Source of the DNA: Methanomassiliicoccaceae archaeon
Lineage (GTDB): Archaea > Thermoplasmatota > Thermoplasmata > Methanomassiliicoccales > Methanomassiliicoccaceae
Length of the DNA: 13,941 bases
Assembly: GCA_963728405.1 (NCBI GenBank)
Contig: CAVSJV010000009.1
Coordinates: forward strand, 1-13,941
Direction: 5' to 3'
Under the pieces are notes generated by a model. That model saw only the letters and a program-made list of their open reading frames with translations. It did no database searches and was not told the origin of the DNA. Both the position numbers and the translations under genes were made by a program. Positions within the stretch are counted from its first letter, which is position 1, and every line of letters begins with the position of its first letter. Below are positions 1 through 7,919 of the stretch, piece after piece.

Positions 1-91
1 GCCCGCTCACGATTCCTAGCAGAGCGTAGAACAGTTCCAGCAGGACGAACAAGGTGACGCTCGAAGGCCTCTTGATCTGCGCGTAGGACAT
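1..91 (-). CDS. N-terminus of a probable membrane protein, running off the left window edge
   Basis: Not in the ORF track. ATG at 91-89 reads MSYAQIKRPSSVTLFVLLELFYALLGIVSG..., a basic N-terminus followed by a hydrophobic helix, open to the window edge. Confidence 0.6.
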   Translation of the reverse strand, partial: MSYAQIKRPSSVTLFVLLELFYALLGIVSG

Positions 92-291
92 TTGGTGTAC
101 CGGGGCCAGCACAGTTTTCCGATTACTTCTATCATTGGTCGACCCGTTCGGCGATCTAATGATGAACATCGTTTTCATTCACGGCCGATTCACCCTCGGT
201 AAAGGCCATCCAAATAGCTCACCTAGGGACCTGACGATCCATCAGGCCAGTAAGGGGCAGGTTAGGAGTCAGGGCGAGAACACCTCCGCAT

Positions 292-668
292 ATGGAGGTG
301 CTGGCGGCAGTCCTGATGCTCATTAGCCTCGGTGTAGCCATGGCCAGCGCGTTCGATCGAGTAGGATCGGCCCAGTCACCGACAACGACCATAGGGACAT
401 CGGGCTCATGAACCGGACCGGAAGATGAAGCGGCAACGGACCCCTGATCATCGACTCGTTCCCGATGGGCACGGGCATCATCTTCGAGGTCCGCGCTCAA
501 TACTTCATACCTGCGGGCCAACGCACTCATGTCCGCGTGGTCAATTGCCTGGTCGTCCTGAGGGAGCGGATCGAGGCGTGGGATCGGCTTGCGCACATTG
601 TAAAATGCAAAAGTAATGCCGCGGATGCAAAGAATGCAAGAAGATATCTGATCGATGCGCATGGGTAA
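292..668 (+). pseudogene. possible degraded gene for a secreted or membrane-anchored protein
   Basis: ATG 292 gives signal-peptide-like MEVLAAVLMLISLGVAMASA. Another frame continues RIGPVTDNDHRDIGLMNRTGR*(TGA 426-428)SGNGPLIIDSFPMGTGIIFEV... with host-like codons. No family recognised. Confidence 0.25.
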
Positions 669-736
669 TCGAAAGAGCGCTCTGCGCTGTGATCAGTTGT
701 CGCGATTCGTCCAACGATTGAACAGACGTGTTCTCT

Positions 737-770
737 GAAAACCCGCTTTTTAAAAAAGAGATAAAGCGGG
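737..770 (-). terminator. hairpin plus T-tract, likely terminator of the sulfurtransferase gene
   Basis: Perfect 8-bp inverted repeat CCCGCTTT (742-749) / AAAGCGGG (763-770). On the minus strand it has a T-rich loop, is followed by TTTT, and lies about 50 nt after the stop at 818. Confidence 0.55.
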
Positions 771-817
771 AAGGTGTTGATCGGGGCCCCCCCATGGCCG
801 GCGAAACGAAGCTTGAG

Positions 818-1762
818 TTACTTTTTGACGTCAGGCCATCGAACGCTGCACCGCCCTCTCCTGGGCCGGGCCCGAGGATTCTTCCCCAGCACTGTGGGGT
901 TCTCGGGATGCGAGGTCCATTCGGTGAACGCCCCTTCGTGCTCCTTGACCCGAGGGTACCCCAGATACCACTTGAAAAGGTTGAACTCATTGGTGGCTTC
1001 CCGACCGGTACCGCAGGAGCAGATGACCAGCTTATCCTTGGTCGCACCGGCCTTCTCGATCAGCGCCCTGATCTCCTCGTCCGGCTTGAGCTTACGAGTG
1101 TTGTCCGGCATCATGAGAGAAGCCCATGGCAGGTTCACCGCCCCCGGGATGTGCCCGCCGACCCGCCATGGCCCCTTGCCCTCATACAACGCCGGGGGAC
1201 GTGCGTCCAAAAGAATGACGTCTTCCTGGTCCTTGGTCTCCTTGAACTCGTCGTAGGTGATGTAAAAATCCTTCTGGACCGCGGTCGTGAAATTGCCCGT
1301 TTCCACCTTCGGAAATTCCTGGGACAGGGCCTTGCCCTCGGCCTTCCACTTTTCCAATCCGCCGTCTAGGATGTAGACCCGGTCATGACCATAGCGAGTG
1401 AGACCGTAGGCCATCATGGTCTGCTCGAGGCCATCGCCCCACCCTTTGAACGCACCCTTTCCAGTATAGACCAGCACCGGGGTGTCGTTACGGACCCCTA
1501 CCCGCTGGTAATAGGGTTCCACAGCCTCTTTGCACATGAACTGGCCGCATAGTCCCCTTTTGGCCGCCCTCAGGAACTCCTCGTTGAGGTAGACCGCCCC
1601 TGGTATGTGTTCGGCAATGTAGTCATGGACGTTGGGTTGAGCATCAATGATGGTCATCCTGTCGTCCAGATGGTCCTCGAGCCAATCGGTCGATGTCCAC
1701 TTCACCTTTTGATTTCCGCTAGGATGGGGTTCTCTCTTCTCCATGGTGATCTTCGGCCACAT
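818..1762 (-). CDS. tandem-domain rhodanese / thiosulfate or 3-mercaptopyruvate sulfurtransferase (SseA-like)
   Basis: Two rhodanese domains: STDWL, HIPGAV twice, ILDGG..W, LLDAR, active-site loop CGTGRE and C-terminal EGAFTEW. Alternative start at 1744 (MEKREPH). Confidence 0.93.
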   Translation of the reverse strand: MWPKITMEKREPHPSGNQKVKWTSTDWLEDHLDDRMTIIDAQPNVHDYIAEHIPGAVYLNEEFLRAAKRGLCGQFMCKEAVEPYYQRVGVRNDTPVLVYTGKGAFKGWGDGLEQTMMAYGLTRYGHDRVYILDGGLEKWKAEGKALSQEFPKVETGNFTTAVQKDFYITYDEFKETKDQEDVILLDARPPALYEGKGPWRVGGHIPGAVNLPWASLMMPDNTRKLKPDEEIRALIEKAGATKDKLVICSCGTGREATNEFNLFKWYLGYPRVKEHEGAFTEWTSHPENPTVLGKNPRARPRRGRCSVRWPDVKK

Positions 1763-1930
1763 GTTTCTGAGTCCATCTTCCTTAATGATTATGACATTCC
1801 TGGTGCACCTGATACCCGGGTGAATGCCGAAGTACCAGGGAGGGGACCAGGCTCATGCTGATCGAGGCCATTGCGGCGGAACAGGGAGATTCTTATTATG
1901 AAGGGAAAGCATCCAAACGATGGAGATCAG

Positions 1931-2635
1931 ATGGCGGTCAGGAAGATCATCAAGATTAACGAGGAAAGGTGCAACGGTTGCGGCAAATGCGTGGACGCCT
2001 GTGCGGAGGGAGCGTTGGAGATCAGGAGGGGCAAGGCCCGGGTCATCAAGGACCTACTTTGCGATGGGTTCGGGGCATGCCTGGGAGAGTGCCCCCAGGG
2101 AGCGCTCACCATCGAGGAGAGAGAGGCCACACCGTTCGACGAGGAAGCGGCCAAAAGACACGTGGAGCTGATGAAGGAGCCCCAGTCCTGCGGTTGTCCT
2201 TCCGCCGCCCCACTTTTGCTCAAGCCCCAAGCCGCCGCCGGTACACCGACTGGAGAGGGCTCAGAACTGGGGAACTGGCCCATACAGATAAAATTGGTCT
2301 CCCCCAACGCCCCCTACTTCAAGGATGCCCATCTGTTACTGGCCGGCGACTGTACCGCCTTTACCTTCGCATCGATGCACTCCGACCTCATCAAGGGGAG
2401 GATGACCGTCATCGGTTGCCCCAAGCTCGATGATAACGAGGAGTTCATCGACAAGCTCTCCTCGATCCTCAGCGAGAACATCATCAGGGACGTCACCCTG
2501 GTGCACATGGAAGTGCCCTGCTGCGGCCAGATGAGGAGACTGGTCGAAGAGGCACGGAAGCGGTCCGGAAGCGCCATCCCGGTGAAGAGCTACACCATCC
2601 GCCGGACCGGGGAGCTGGTCGAGGACACTGCCTAG
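1931..2635 (+). CDS. 4Fe-4S dicluster protein with a Cys-containing C-terminal domain (family often found with hybrid cluster protein genes, 'frdX'-like)
   Basis: MAVRKIIKINEERCNGCGKCVDAC...CDGFGACLGECP ferredoxin domain, then GCP, NWPIQIKLV, LLAGDC, GCPKLD and MEVPCC motifs. ATG 1931 is preceded by GGAGA. Confidence 0.85.
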   Translation: MAVRKIIKINEERCNGCGKCVDACAEGALEIRRGKARVIKDLLCDGFGACLGECPQGALTIEEREATPFDEEAAKRHVELMKEPQSCGCPSAAPLLLKPQAAAGTPTGEGSELGNWPIQIKLVSPNAPYFKDAHLLLAGDCTAFTFASMHSDLIKGRMTVIGCPKLDDNEEFIDKLSSILSENIIRDVTLVHMEVPCCGQMRRLVEEARKRSGSAIPVKSYTIRRTGELVEDTA

Positions 2636-2655
2636 AACATCCAATGGCCAGATAG

Positions 2656-2676
2656 AGTTGGATGTATAATCCAACT
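2656..2676. promoter_or_regulatory. palindromic operator copy 1 (8-5-8)
   Basis: AGTTGGAT-GTATA-ATCCAACT, with perfect 8-bp arms. Confidence 0.75.
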
Positions 2677-2690
2677 ATGTTGACCGCTCA

Positions 2691-2706
2691 GTAAAAGATA
2701 TATATC
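2691..2706 (+). promoter_or_regulatory. BRE/TATA-like promoter core for the dehydrogenase-trpD-like operon
   Basis: Purine run GTAAAA followed by palindromic GATATATATC (2697-2706), about 55 nt upstream of the TTG start at 2762. Confidence 0.55.
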
Positions 2707-2726
2707 GTGCCTTTCTTGGTCAAGTT

Positions 2727-2747
2727 GGTTGGATGTATACTCCAACT
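2727..2747. promoter_or_regulatory. palindromic operator copy 2
   Basis: GGTTGGATGTATACTCCAACT, 19/21 identical to copy 1. It lies where a transcription start would be expected downstream of the TATA-like element. Confidence 0.75.
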
Positions 2748-2761
2748 TAGGAGCGGATATC

Positions 2762-3802
2762 TTGAGGGCAGCCGTACTGAGAAGGCCGGGAGATATGGCG
2801 ATCGTCGACATGCCAGAGCCCGAGTGCCCCGTCGGCGGAGCGGTCATCCGGGTGGTGGCCTGTGCGGTCTGCCCCTCGGACATCAAGATGGCCCGGACCG
2901 GGCATCGCGATCTCTCCTATCCTCGCATCCTGGGACATGAGGTGGTTGGGGTGGTCGAAGGTTCCGATGCATCCCCTTCGATGGTTGAGGGCGACCTGGT
3001 CCAGGTATGGCCCGGCATCGCCTGCGGAACCTGCATACCCTGTCGGCGGGGGCAGGACAACATGTGCGACCGCCAGGGCATCATCGGCTTCAACCGCGAT
3101 GGCGGGTTCGCCGAGCGCATGGCCGTGCCGGCGGAGACCGTTCGGCGAGGCGGGGTGAACGTTATCCCTCAGGGCCTCGATCCGGCACTGGCCTCGCTAA
3201 CGGAGCCGCTGGCCTGTTGCGTCCACGGTCAGGACGCCGCCGCCCTCTCTGCCGCGGACCGCGTGGTGATCCACGGCGCCGGCCCTATGGGCCTCATGCA
3301 TGCCGCCCTGGCCGCCAGCAAGGGCGCGCCATGCTTGGTGATAGAGCCGGAGCAAGGTCGCCGGGAGCTGGCGTTGCGCATGGGTGCAGAGAGGACGGCG
3401 GACCCCCAGGAAGAGGACGTGGCCTCGGCCATCATGGACTGGAGCATGGGTCGGGGAGCGGACGTGGCCATACTGGCCACACCCCATGTAAAGGTCAACG
3501 ACGCGCTCCTTAGGACACTGGCCCCCCGGGGAAGGATCTGCGTGTTCTCCGGCCTGCCCCGGAGCGATCCAGAGGTCCGGATGGACATCAATCTTCTGCA
3601 CTACCGCGAGCTGACGATGGTTGGAGCCTACGGCTGCACCAGCGCCAGCAATACCAAGGCGCTGCATATGCTGGCCGGGGGGGAGGTCGACCTCATGCCC
3701 CTGCTGACCGAGCGCTTGCCTCTCGGTTCGCTCGAGAAGGCGTTCGGCCTGATCGAGCGACGGAAGGCGTACAAAATCGTGATCACGGAACTTACGAGGT
3801 GA
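2762..3802 (+). CDS. Zn-dependent medium-chain (MDR) alcohol/polyol dehydrogenase, sorbitol/threonine dehydrogenase-like
   Basis: Catalytic Zn ligands CPSD and GHE, structural Zn CGTCIPC-x7-C, LTEPLAC, Rossmann GAGPMG. Likely start is TTG 2762 (MRAAVL) after AGGAGCGG. Confidence 0.92.
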   Translation: MRAAVLRRPGDMAIVDMPEPECPVGGAVIRVVACAVCPSDIKMARTGHRDLSYPRILGHEVVGVVEGSDASPSMVEGDLVQVWPGIACGTCIPCRRGQDNMCDRQGIIGFNRDGGFAERMAVPAETVRRGGVNVIPQGLDPALASLTEPLACCVHGQDAAALSAADRVVIHGAGPMGLMHAALAASKGAPCLVIEPEQGRRELALRMGAERTADPQEEDVASAIMDWSMGRGADVAILATPHVKVNDALLRTLAPRGRICVFSGLPRSDPEVRMDINLLHYRELTMVGAYGCTSASNTKALHMLAGGEVDLMPLLTERLPLGSLEKAFGLIERRKAYKIVITELTR

Positions 3803-3806
3803 CGAC

Positions 3807-4925
3807 ATGGAAGAGAAGTTGAGACAATTCGGCAGCGGCGTGAACGATCTGATAGGCGGTAAGAGCCTGTCGAGGGCCCAGACCAAGGACCTGTTCCGGC
3901 AGGTGCTCTTGAACGAACAACCAGACCTGCAGCAGGGCGCGTTCCTGGCCGCCATCACCGCGAAGGGCGCTACCCCCCAGGAGATCGCCGGCAGCTGGGA
4001 GGCCATCTACGAGATCGACACCATCAAGGTCACCCCCAATGTCACCACACCGCTGGTGGACAACTGCGGTACGGGCATGGACACGCTGAAGACCTTCAAC
4101 ATCTCCACTGCCGCCTCCATCATCGCCGCGGCTGACGGCATCGTCATGGCCAAGCACGGAGCGAGAGGCATTACTTCCAAGTGTGGCACCGTGGACATGA
4201 TCGAGGCGCTGGGCGTGGATGTTGAATGCGATGTCAGCGTGGTCAAGAAGAGCATCGAGGAAACGGGCATCGGCATCTTCAACGGCATGTCGCCCAAGGT
4301 CCATCCCACCGCGTTGGGCCGCATCCTCTCGCAGATCAGGTTCGGGACAATTCTCAACATCGCCGGCTCTCTGGCGAACCCCGCTCTGCCAAAATACGGC
4401 GTCAGGGGGGTCTACTCCAAGGATATGCTCGCGCCGACATTACTGACGATGAAGGAGATCGGTTACCACCGAGGGTTTGTCTTCCACGGACTGAACGCGT
4501 CGGGGACCAAGGGCATGGACGAGATGTCGACCCTCGGCCCCACCACGGTCATGGAGCTGAGCAAGAACGGCTTGATCTCGACCTACCAGATCACACCGGA
4601 CGATCTGGGCATCAAGGTCGCCCAGGAAGAGGACGTTCTCACCTCAGGCAACAAGGAACTCGAGGTGCTCCGCCTGCTCAAGCTGCTGAACGGCGAGGAG
4701 GAGGGGGCGCGACAGGACATCGTTTGCCTCAATGCAGCCCCCATCCTCTGCATGATGGGGCGCGCTTCCACGCTGCAGGAAGGTGTAGAGAGGGCGAGGT
4801 CCATAGTCCAGGGCGGCAAGGCCATAAGTAAGTTGCAGGACTGGACCCGGTCGCAGAACACCGACCCCTCGATGGGCGTCGGCAAGTTCAATGAGCTGAT
4901 GAGCCGGGCGGACAGCCCGGCCTAA
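3807..4925 (+). CDS. anthranilate phosphoribosyltransferase-like protein (glycosyltransferase family 3), non-canonical TrpD paralogue
   Basis: N-terminal helical domain (GAFLAAITAKG), DNCGTGMD..TFNISTA, AKHGAR, LANP, GMDE, LNAA. The RBS GAGGTGA overlaps the upstream stop. No other trp genes are present, so the symbol trpD is withheld. Confidence 0.9.
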   Translation: MEEKLRQFGSGVNDLIGGKSLSRAQTKDLFRQVLLNEQPDLQQGAFLAAITAKGATPQEIAGSWEAIYEIDTIKVTPNVTTPLVDNCGTGMDTLKTFNISTAASIIAAADGIVMAKHGARGITSKCGTVDMIEALGVDVECDVSVVKKSIEETGIGIFNGMSPKVHPTALGRILSQIRFGTILNIAGSLANPALPKYGVRGVYSKDMLAPTLLTMKEIGYHRGFVFHGLNASGTKGMDEMSTLGPTTVMELSKNGLISTYQITPDDLGIKVAQEEDVLTSGNKELEVLRLLKLLNGEEEGARQDIVCLNAAPILCMMGRASTLQEGVERARSIVQGGKAISKLQDWTRSQNTDPSMGVGKFNELMSRADSPA

Positions 4926-4934
4926 GCTCTTTTC

Positions 4935-5326
4935 TCATATCGGTTGCTGGTCGTCCTTCGCTTCCCCCGCTTCCCACCAGTTGTTCCTCTTCTTGTGGTT
5001 ATCGACGGGCTCATCGGAGGTGAGGACGATGGATGAACGCTGGGGCTCGCCCTCGAACTCCACCACCGGCACCTTGGCCGCCTTGTGGAGCTTGAGGACG
5101 AAACCCTTCATGAACTCCAGATCATCGATGCTCACATCGGAGGGGAACTGGAGGTAGAACATGTGGACCTCCCTTATGGTATCGAAGTAGTATCTGATGT
5201 TGGCCTTGGCAAGAAGCTCCTTGAACTTAGGAGCGTCCTTCCGGCGCTGGGAGAGCTGAGCAGCCGGTCAGCCCAGACCGCGTCGGCGTTGATCATGATG
5301 GCCTCTACGCCCAGTACTTTCCACAT
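4935..5326 (-). CDS. hypothetical protein of about 130 aa, split by one frameshift near 5265-5268
   Basis: ATG 5326 gives MWKVLGVEAIMINADAVWAD. Adding one base (GACCG to GACCCG) joins it to PAAQLSQRRKDAPKFKELLAKANIRYYFDTIREVHMFYLQFPSDV... TATAAATT lies about 29 nt upstream (5362-5355). Confidence 0.7.
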
Positions 5327-5354
5327 GATTGCCTGGAAGCGGTTCAGCCTAATT

Positions 5355-5362
5355 AATTTATA
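5355..5362 (-). promoter_or_regulatory. archaeal TATA box for the hypothetical gene (probably a leaderless transcript)
   Basis: TATAAATT on the minus strand about 29 nt before ATG 5326. Confidence 0.55.
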
Positions 5363-5565
5363 CGAGCGAGCTCCCCCTGCGCAAGCGAGTATCGCGCGAT
5401 CATAACGCTTCGATCAATATCCTCCAAAGAGGATTACAGAAAGTATGGTCGGCACGACCGGAACTCACGCTTGTGGACATTGGACCGCTACATCGTGAGG
5501 ATGGTGCAGATCTGGTGGTTGAAGCAATGAGCGCTTTCAGAGAGGTAGTTCACTAGGGAGACATC

Positions 5566-6533
5566 ATGTATTTTTTGAGGGATTCACAATATCATCGTAC
5601 ACTCCAAAGACAATGCTCTCGATACCACTGGGTGGAACCCCGCCGCGCGGCTTGAAAAGGTCGTGCCCAAGGGAGCGCCGAGGTCCACGTCCTCTCGGAA
5701 TGATTCGATCCCTTGGGGAGCATCAAGGACCGTATCGCCATCTTCATGGTCGACCAGGCCAAGAAGTGGGCGACCTCCGGCCGGGGGACCGGATCGTCAA
5801 GGCCACCTCCGGCAACACCGGCATATCGTTCGCCTTGGTGGGGGCGACGGAGGGATACCTCGTCACCATCGTCATGCCCGGGCAGATGAGCGTGGAGGGA
5901 AAGAATCTCATCAAGGCCCTAGGGGCCGAGATCATCTGTACGCCGGGCTACGGGAGCGATGTGGACAAAACTCTGGCCAAGGTCCGAGGGATCAAGGGGA
6001 GCGATCCATGGATCTGGGTACCGGACCAGTTCTCTTCCCCCTGACAATATTCTGGCCCATGTCAAGACCACCGGCCCCGAGCTGGTCGCAGGCGTGGGGC
6101 GGGGCATCCCTACCTTCGTGGCCGGGGTCGGAACGGGCGGTACGCTGATGGGCGTAGCGCGTTACTTGGAACAGGATGTCATTCGCGCCGAGATCGTGGG
6201 CGTGGAGCCGTCGGAATCGGCGGCCATGTCCAGCGGGAAGGCTGGCCACCATGGCATCGAGGACATTGGCGATGGTTCCATCCCGCCATTGATGGGCATG
6301 AGCGTAGTGACCAGAGTGGAGGCCGTATCGGCCCAGGGATCGGTGGACCTCACCCTTCGGCTGATGAGGGAGGAGGGCATCATGGGCGGCATCTCCACCG
6401 GCGCCGACGTGGCCGCGGCGATCGGGGTCGCCAGGGACCTCGGGCCGGGAAGGAAGGTCATGACCCTGGCCCCGACTCGTGCACCAGGCACTTCTCCACC
6501 ACGTTGTTCCGAGAGCCATTGAAAAGAACTTAA
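5566..6533 (+). pseudogene. cysK: cysteine synthase (O-acetylserine sulfhydrylase, CysK/CysM family) pseudogene; start approximate
   Basis: Motifs are scattered over several frames: FDPLGSIKDRIA (PLP Lys codon 5725-5727, preceded by in-frame TGA 5701-5703), ATSGNTG, DQF, FVAGVGTGGT, VGVEP, EEGIMGGISTGA, PDSCTRHFSTTLF. There are several frameshifts and substitutions in conserved positions. Confidence 0.88.
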
Positions 6534-6562
6534 GTAATGACAGGCATTGGAGCGACGCTATC

Positions 6563-6763
6563 ATGGTCGTACGCCTCCCGCCTCACAAGCACTGCCTGAA
6601 CTGCGAGGAGCCCATCCCCGAGGACCGGGACTATTGCAACGAGGAGTGCATGGTCAAGTCCAAGGTCAAAGAGAAACAGGGCAGCCGCAAAATGATGATA
6701 TTCTACATCCTCGCCGCGATCGCTCTAGTTGCTATCTGGCTCCTATCATTCATCAAGTTCTGA
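6563..6763 (+). CDS. DUF2116-family Zn-ribbon protein with a C-terminal membrane helix
   Basis: MVVRLPPHKHCLNCEEPIPEDRDYCNEEC followed by a basic linker and hydrophobic tail. Overlaps the convergent folP end by 11 nt. Confidence 0.85.
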   Translation: MVVRLPPHKHCLNCEEPIPEDRDYCNEECMVKSKVKEKQGSRKMMIFYILAAIALVAIWLLSFIKF

Positions 6764-7919
6764 GATTCTTTACCGCGTCAAGGGTGCGGACCAGGCTGAC
6801 CGTTTCCTTGACATCGTGCACCCGCACCACGCTGGCGCCGTTCATGACCGAGATCGCCGCGGTGGCCAGGCTGCCCCCCAGCCGCTGATCGGCCCTCTCC
6901 CCAGTGATCTTGCCGATGAACCCCTTCCTCGACGCTCCGACCAGCAAAGGGCGGCCAGAGCAGCGAAGCTCCCGGAGCCGGCCGAGGATCTCGAGATTGT
7001 GCTCCGGGAACTTGCCGAACCCTATGCCTGGATCGAGCAAGATCACTTCACGGGCCAATCCCACGCCTTCCGCCCGGACCATCCGTTCCTCCCAAAGCCA
7101 CATGATGTCGCTGACGATGTCGTCATAGGTGCCGGCGGTGACCTGTTGCTGCATCGTCCGCGGGTCGGACAGGGAGTGCATGAGCACCACCGGGACATTA
7201 TTCTCCGCGGCCACCCTGGCCATGTCAGGGTCCTCCAGCCCGGAGACGTCGTTGATGATACGGGCCCCCGCCTCGATGGCCGCTCTGGCCACGTTGACCT
7301 TCCGGGTATCGATGGAGATCGGAACGTCGGTTTGGGCGGCGATGAGCCGGATGACCGGCACCGTCCGGCGCAGCTCTTCGTCCAATGGGGTCTTTTCTGC
7401 CCCCGGGCGGGTCGACTCCCCGCCTATGTCGATGATGTCAGCGCCCTCCTCGGCCATGATAAGCGCGCGCTGCACCCCTTTGTCAACCCCCATGTAGCTA
7501 TCCCCATCGGAGAAGGAATCTGGGGTCATATTGAGGATACCCATGACCAGCGGCCGGTCGAAAGTGAGCTGGCCGCCTGGCAGCTGGACGGGCGAAGAGC
7601 CCTCCGAGCCGTACCGTTCGATCGCGGTGGTCAGGATATCGTTATCCAGCAATTCGCCGAGGGCTTCTAGCTCATCGTCCTCGGCCACCAGGCATAGCCG
7701 TGGGCGGTGGCCCTTCTCGGTGAGGGCGCAGATAATGGAGTCCACCCTGGCCTCCTTGAAGAGCGGTTCCAGCTCCTTGGTCCGGCCTTCCACGAAAAGG
7801 GCGCGGACCTCCGGCACCAGGCCCAGGGCGCGCTCTGGGAGGTCAAGCCCCAGCCGGGCCCATTCCTTGATCGCTTCCTCGGCCGAGCGGTATCGCCGCA
7901 CCCGGGAGATCATATTCAT
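6753..7919 (-). CDS. folP: dihydropteroate synthase with an N-terminal extension of about 120 aa
   Basis: MGILNMTPDSFSDG, DIGGESTRPGA, ISIDT, IINDVSG, LDPGIGFGK, GASRK and RVHDV motifs. Confidence 0.96.
   Translation of the reverse strand: MNMISRVRRYRSAEEAIKEWARLGLDLPERALGLVPEVRALFVEGRTKELEPLFKEARVDSIICALTEKGHRPRLCLVAEDDELEALGELLDNDILTTAIERYGSEGSSPVQLPGGQLTFDRPLVMGILNMTPDSFSDGDSYMGVDKGVQRALIMAEEGADIIDIGGESTRPGAEKTPLDEELRRTVPVIRLIAAQTDVPISIDTRKVNVARAAIEAGARIINDVSGLEDPDMARVAAENNVPVVLMHSLSDPRTMQQQVTAGTYDDIVSDIMWLWEERMVRAEGVGLAREVILLDPGIGFGKFPEHNLEILGRLRELRCSGRPLLVGASRKGFIGKITGERADQRLGGSLATAAISVMNGASVVRVHDVKETVSLVRTLDAVKNLRT

Noticed and set aside
219-662. 147-aa minus-strand ORF
   Set aside because: No recognisable motifs, and the plus strand looks at least as coding-like.
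818-870. Basic C-terminal tail ARPRRGRCSVRWPDVKK on the sulfurtransferase as a functional extension
   Set aside because: A single-base slip after NPR would give a different, ordinary tail (..QERAVQRSMA*). It cannot be separated from an indel error.
2633-2635. TAG ending the 4Fe-4S gene as a pyrrolysine codon
   Set aside because: The protein looks complete at that point, and readthrough would run only into the operator region.
2656-2747. Two 21-bp palindromic repeats read as a mini-CRISPR array
   Set aside because: Only two copies, a 50-nt spacer that is itself symmetric and TATA-like, and no cas genes. An operator pair fits better.
5701-5703. In-frame TGA in cysK (and at 426-428) as selenocysteine
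   Set aside because: The cysK TGA is not at a catalytic Cys position, both codons lie among other lesions, and no SECIS-like element was recognised.
6729-7670. Long antisense or alternate-frame ORFs (e.g. 6729-7670, 10589-11563, 3197-4006, 728-1369)
   Set aside because: Shadow ORFs of well-supported genes, expected in GC-rich coding DNA.
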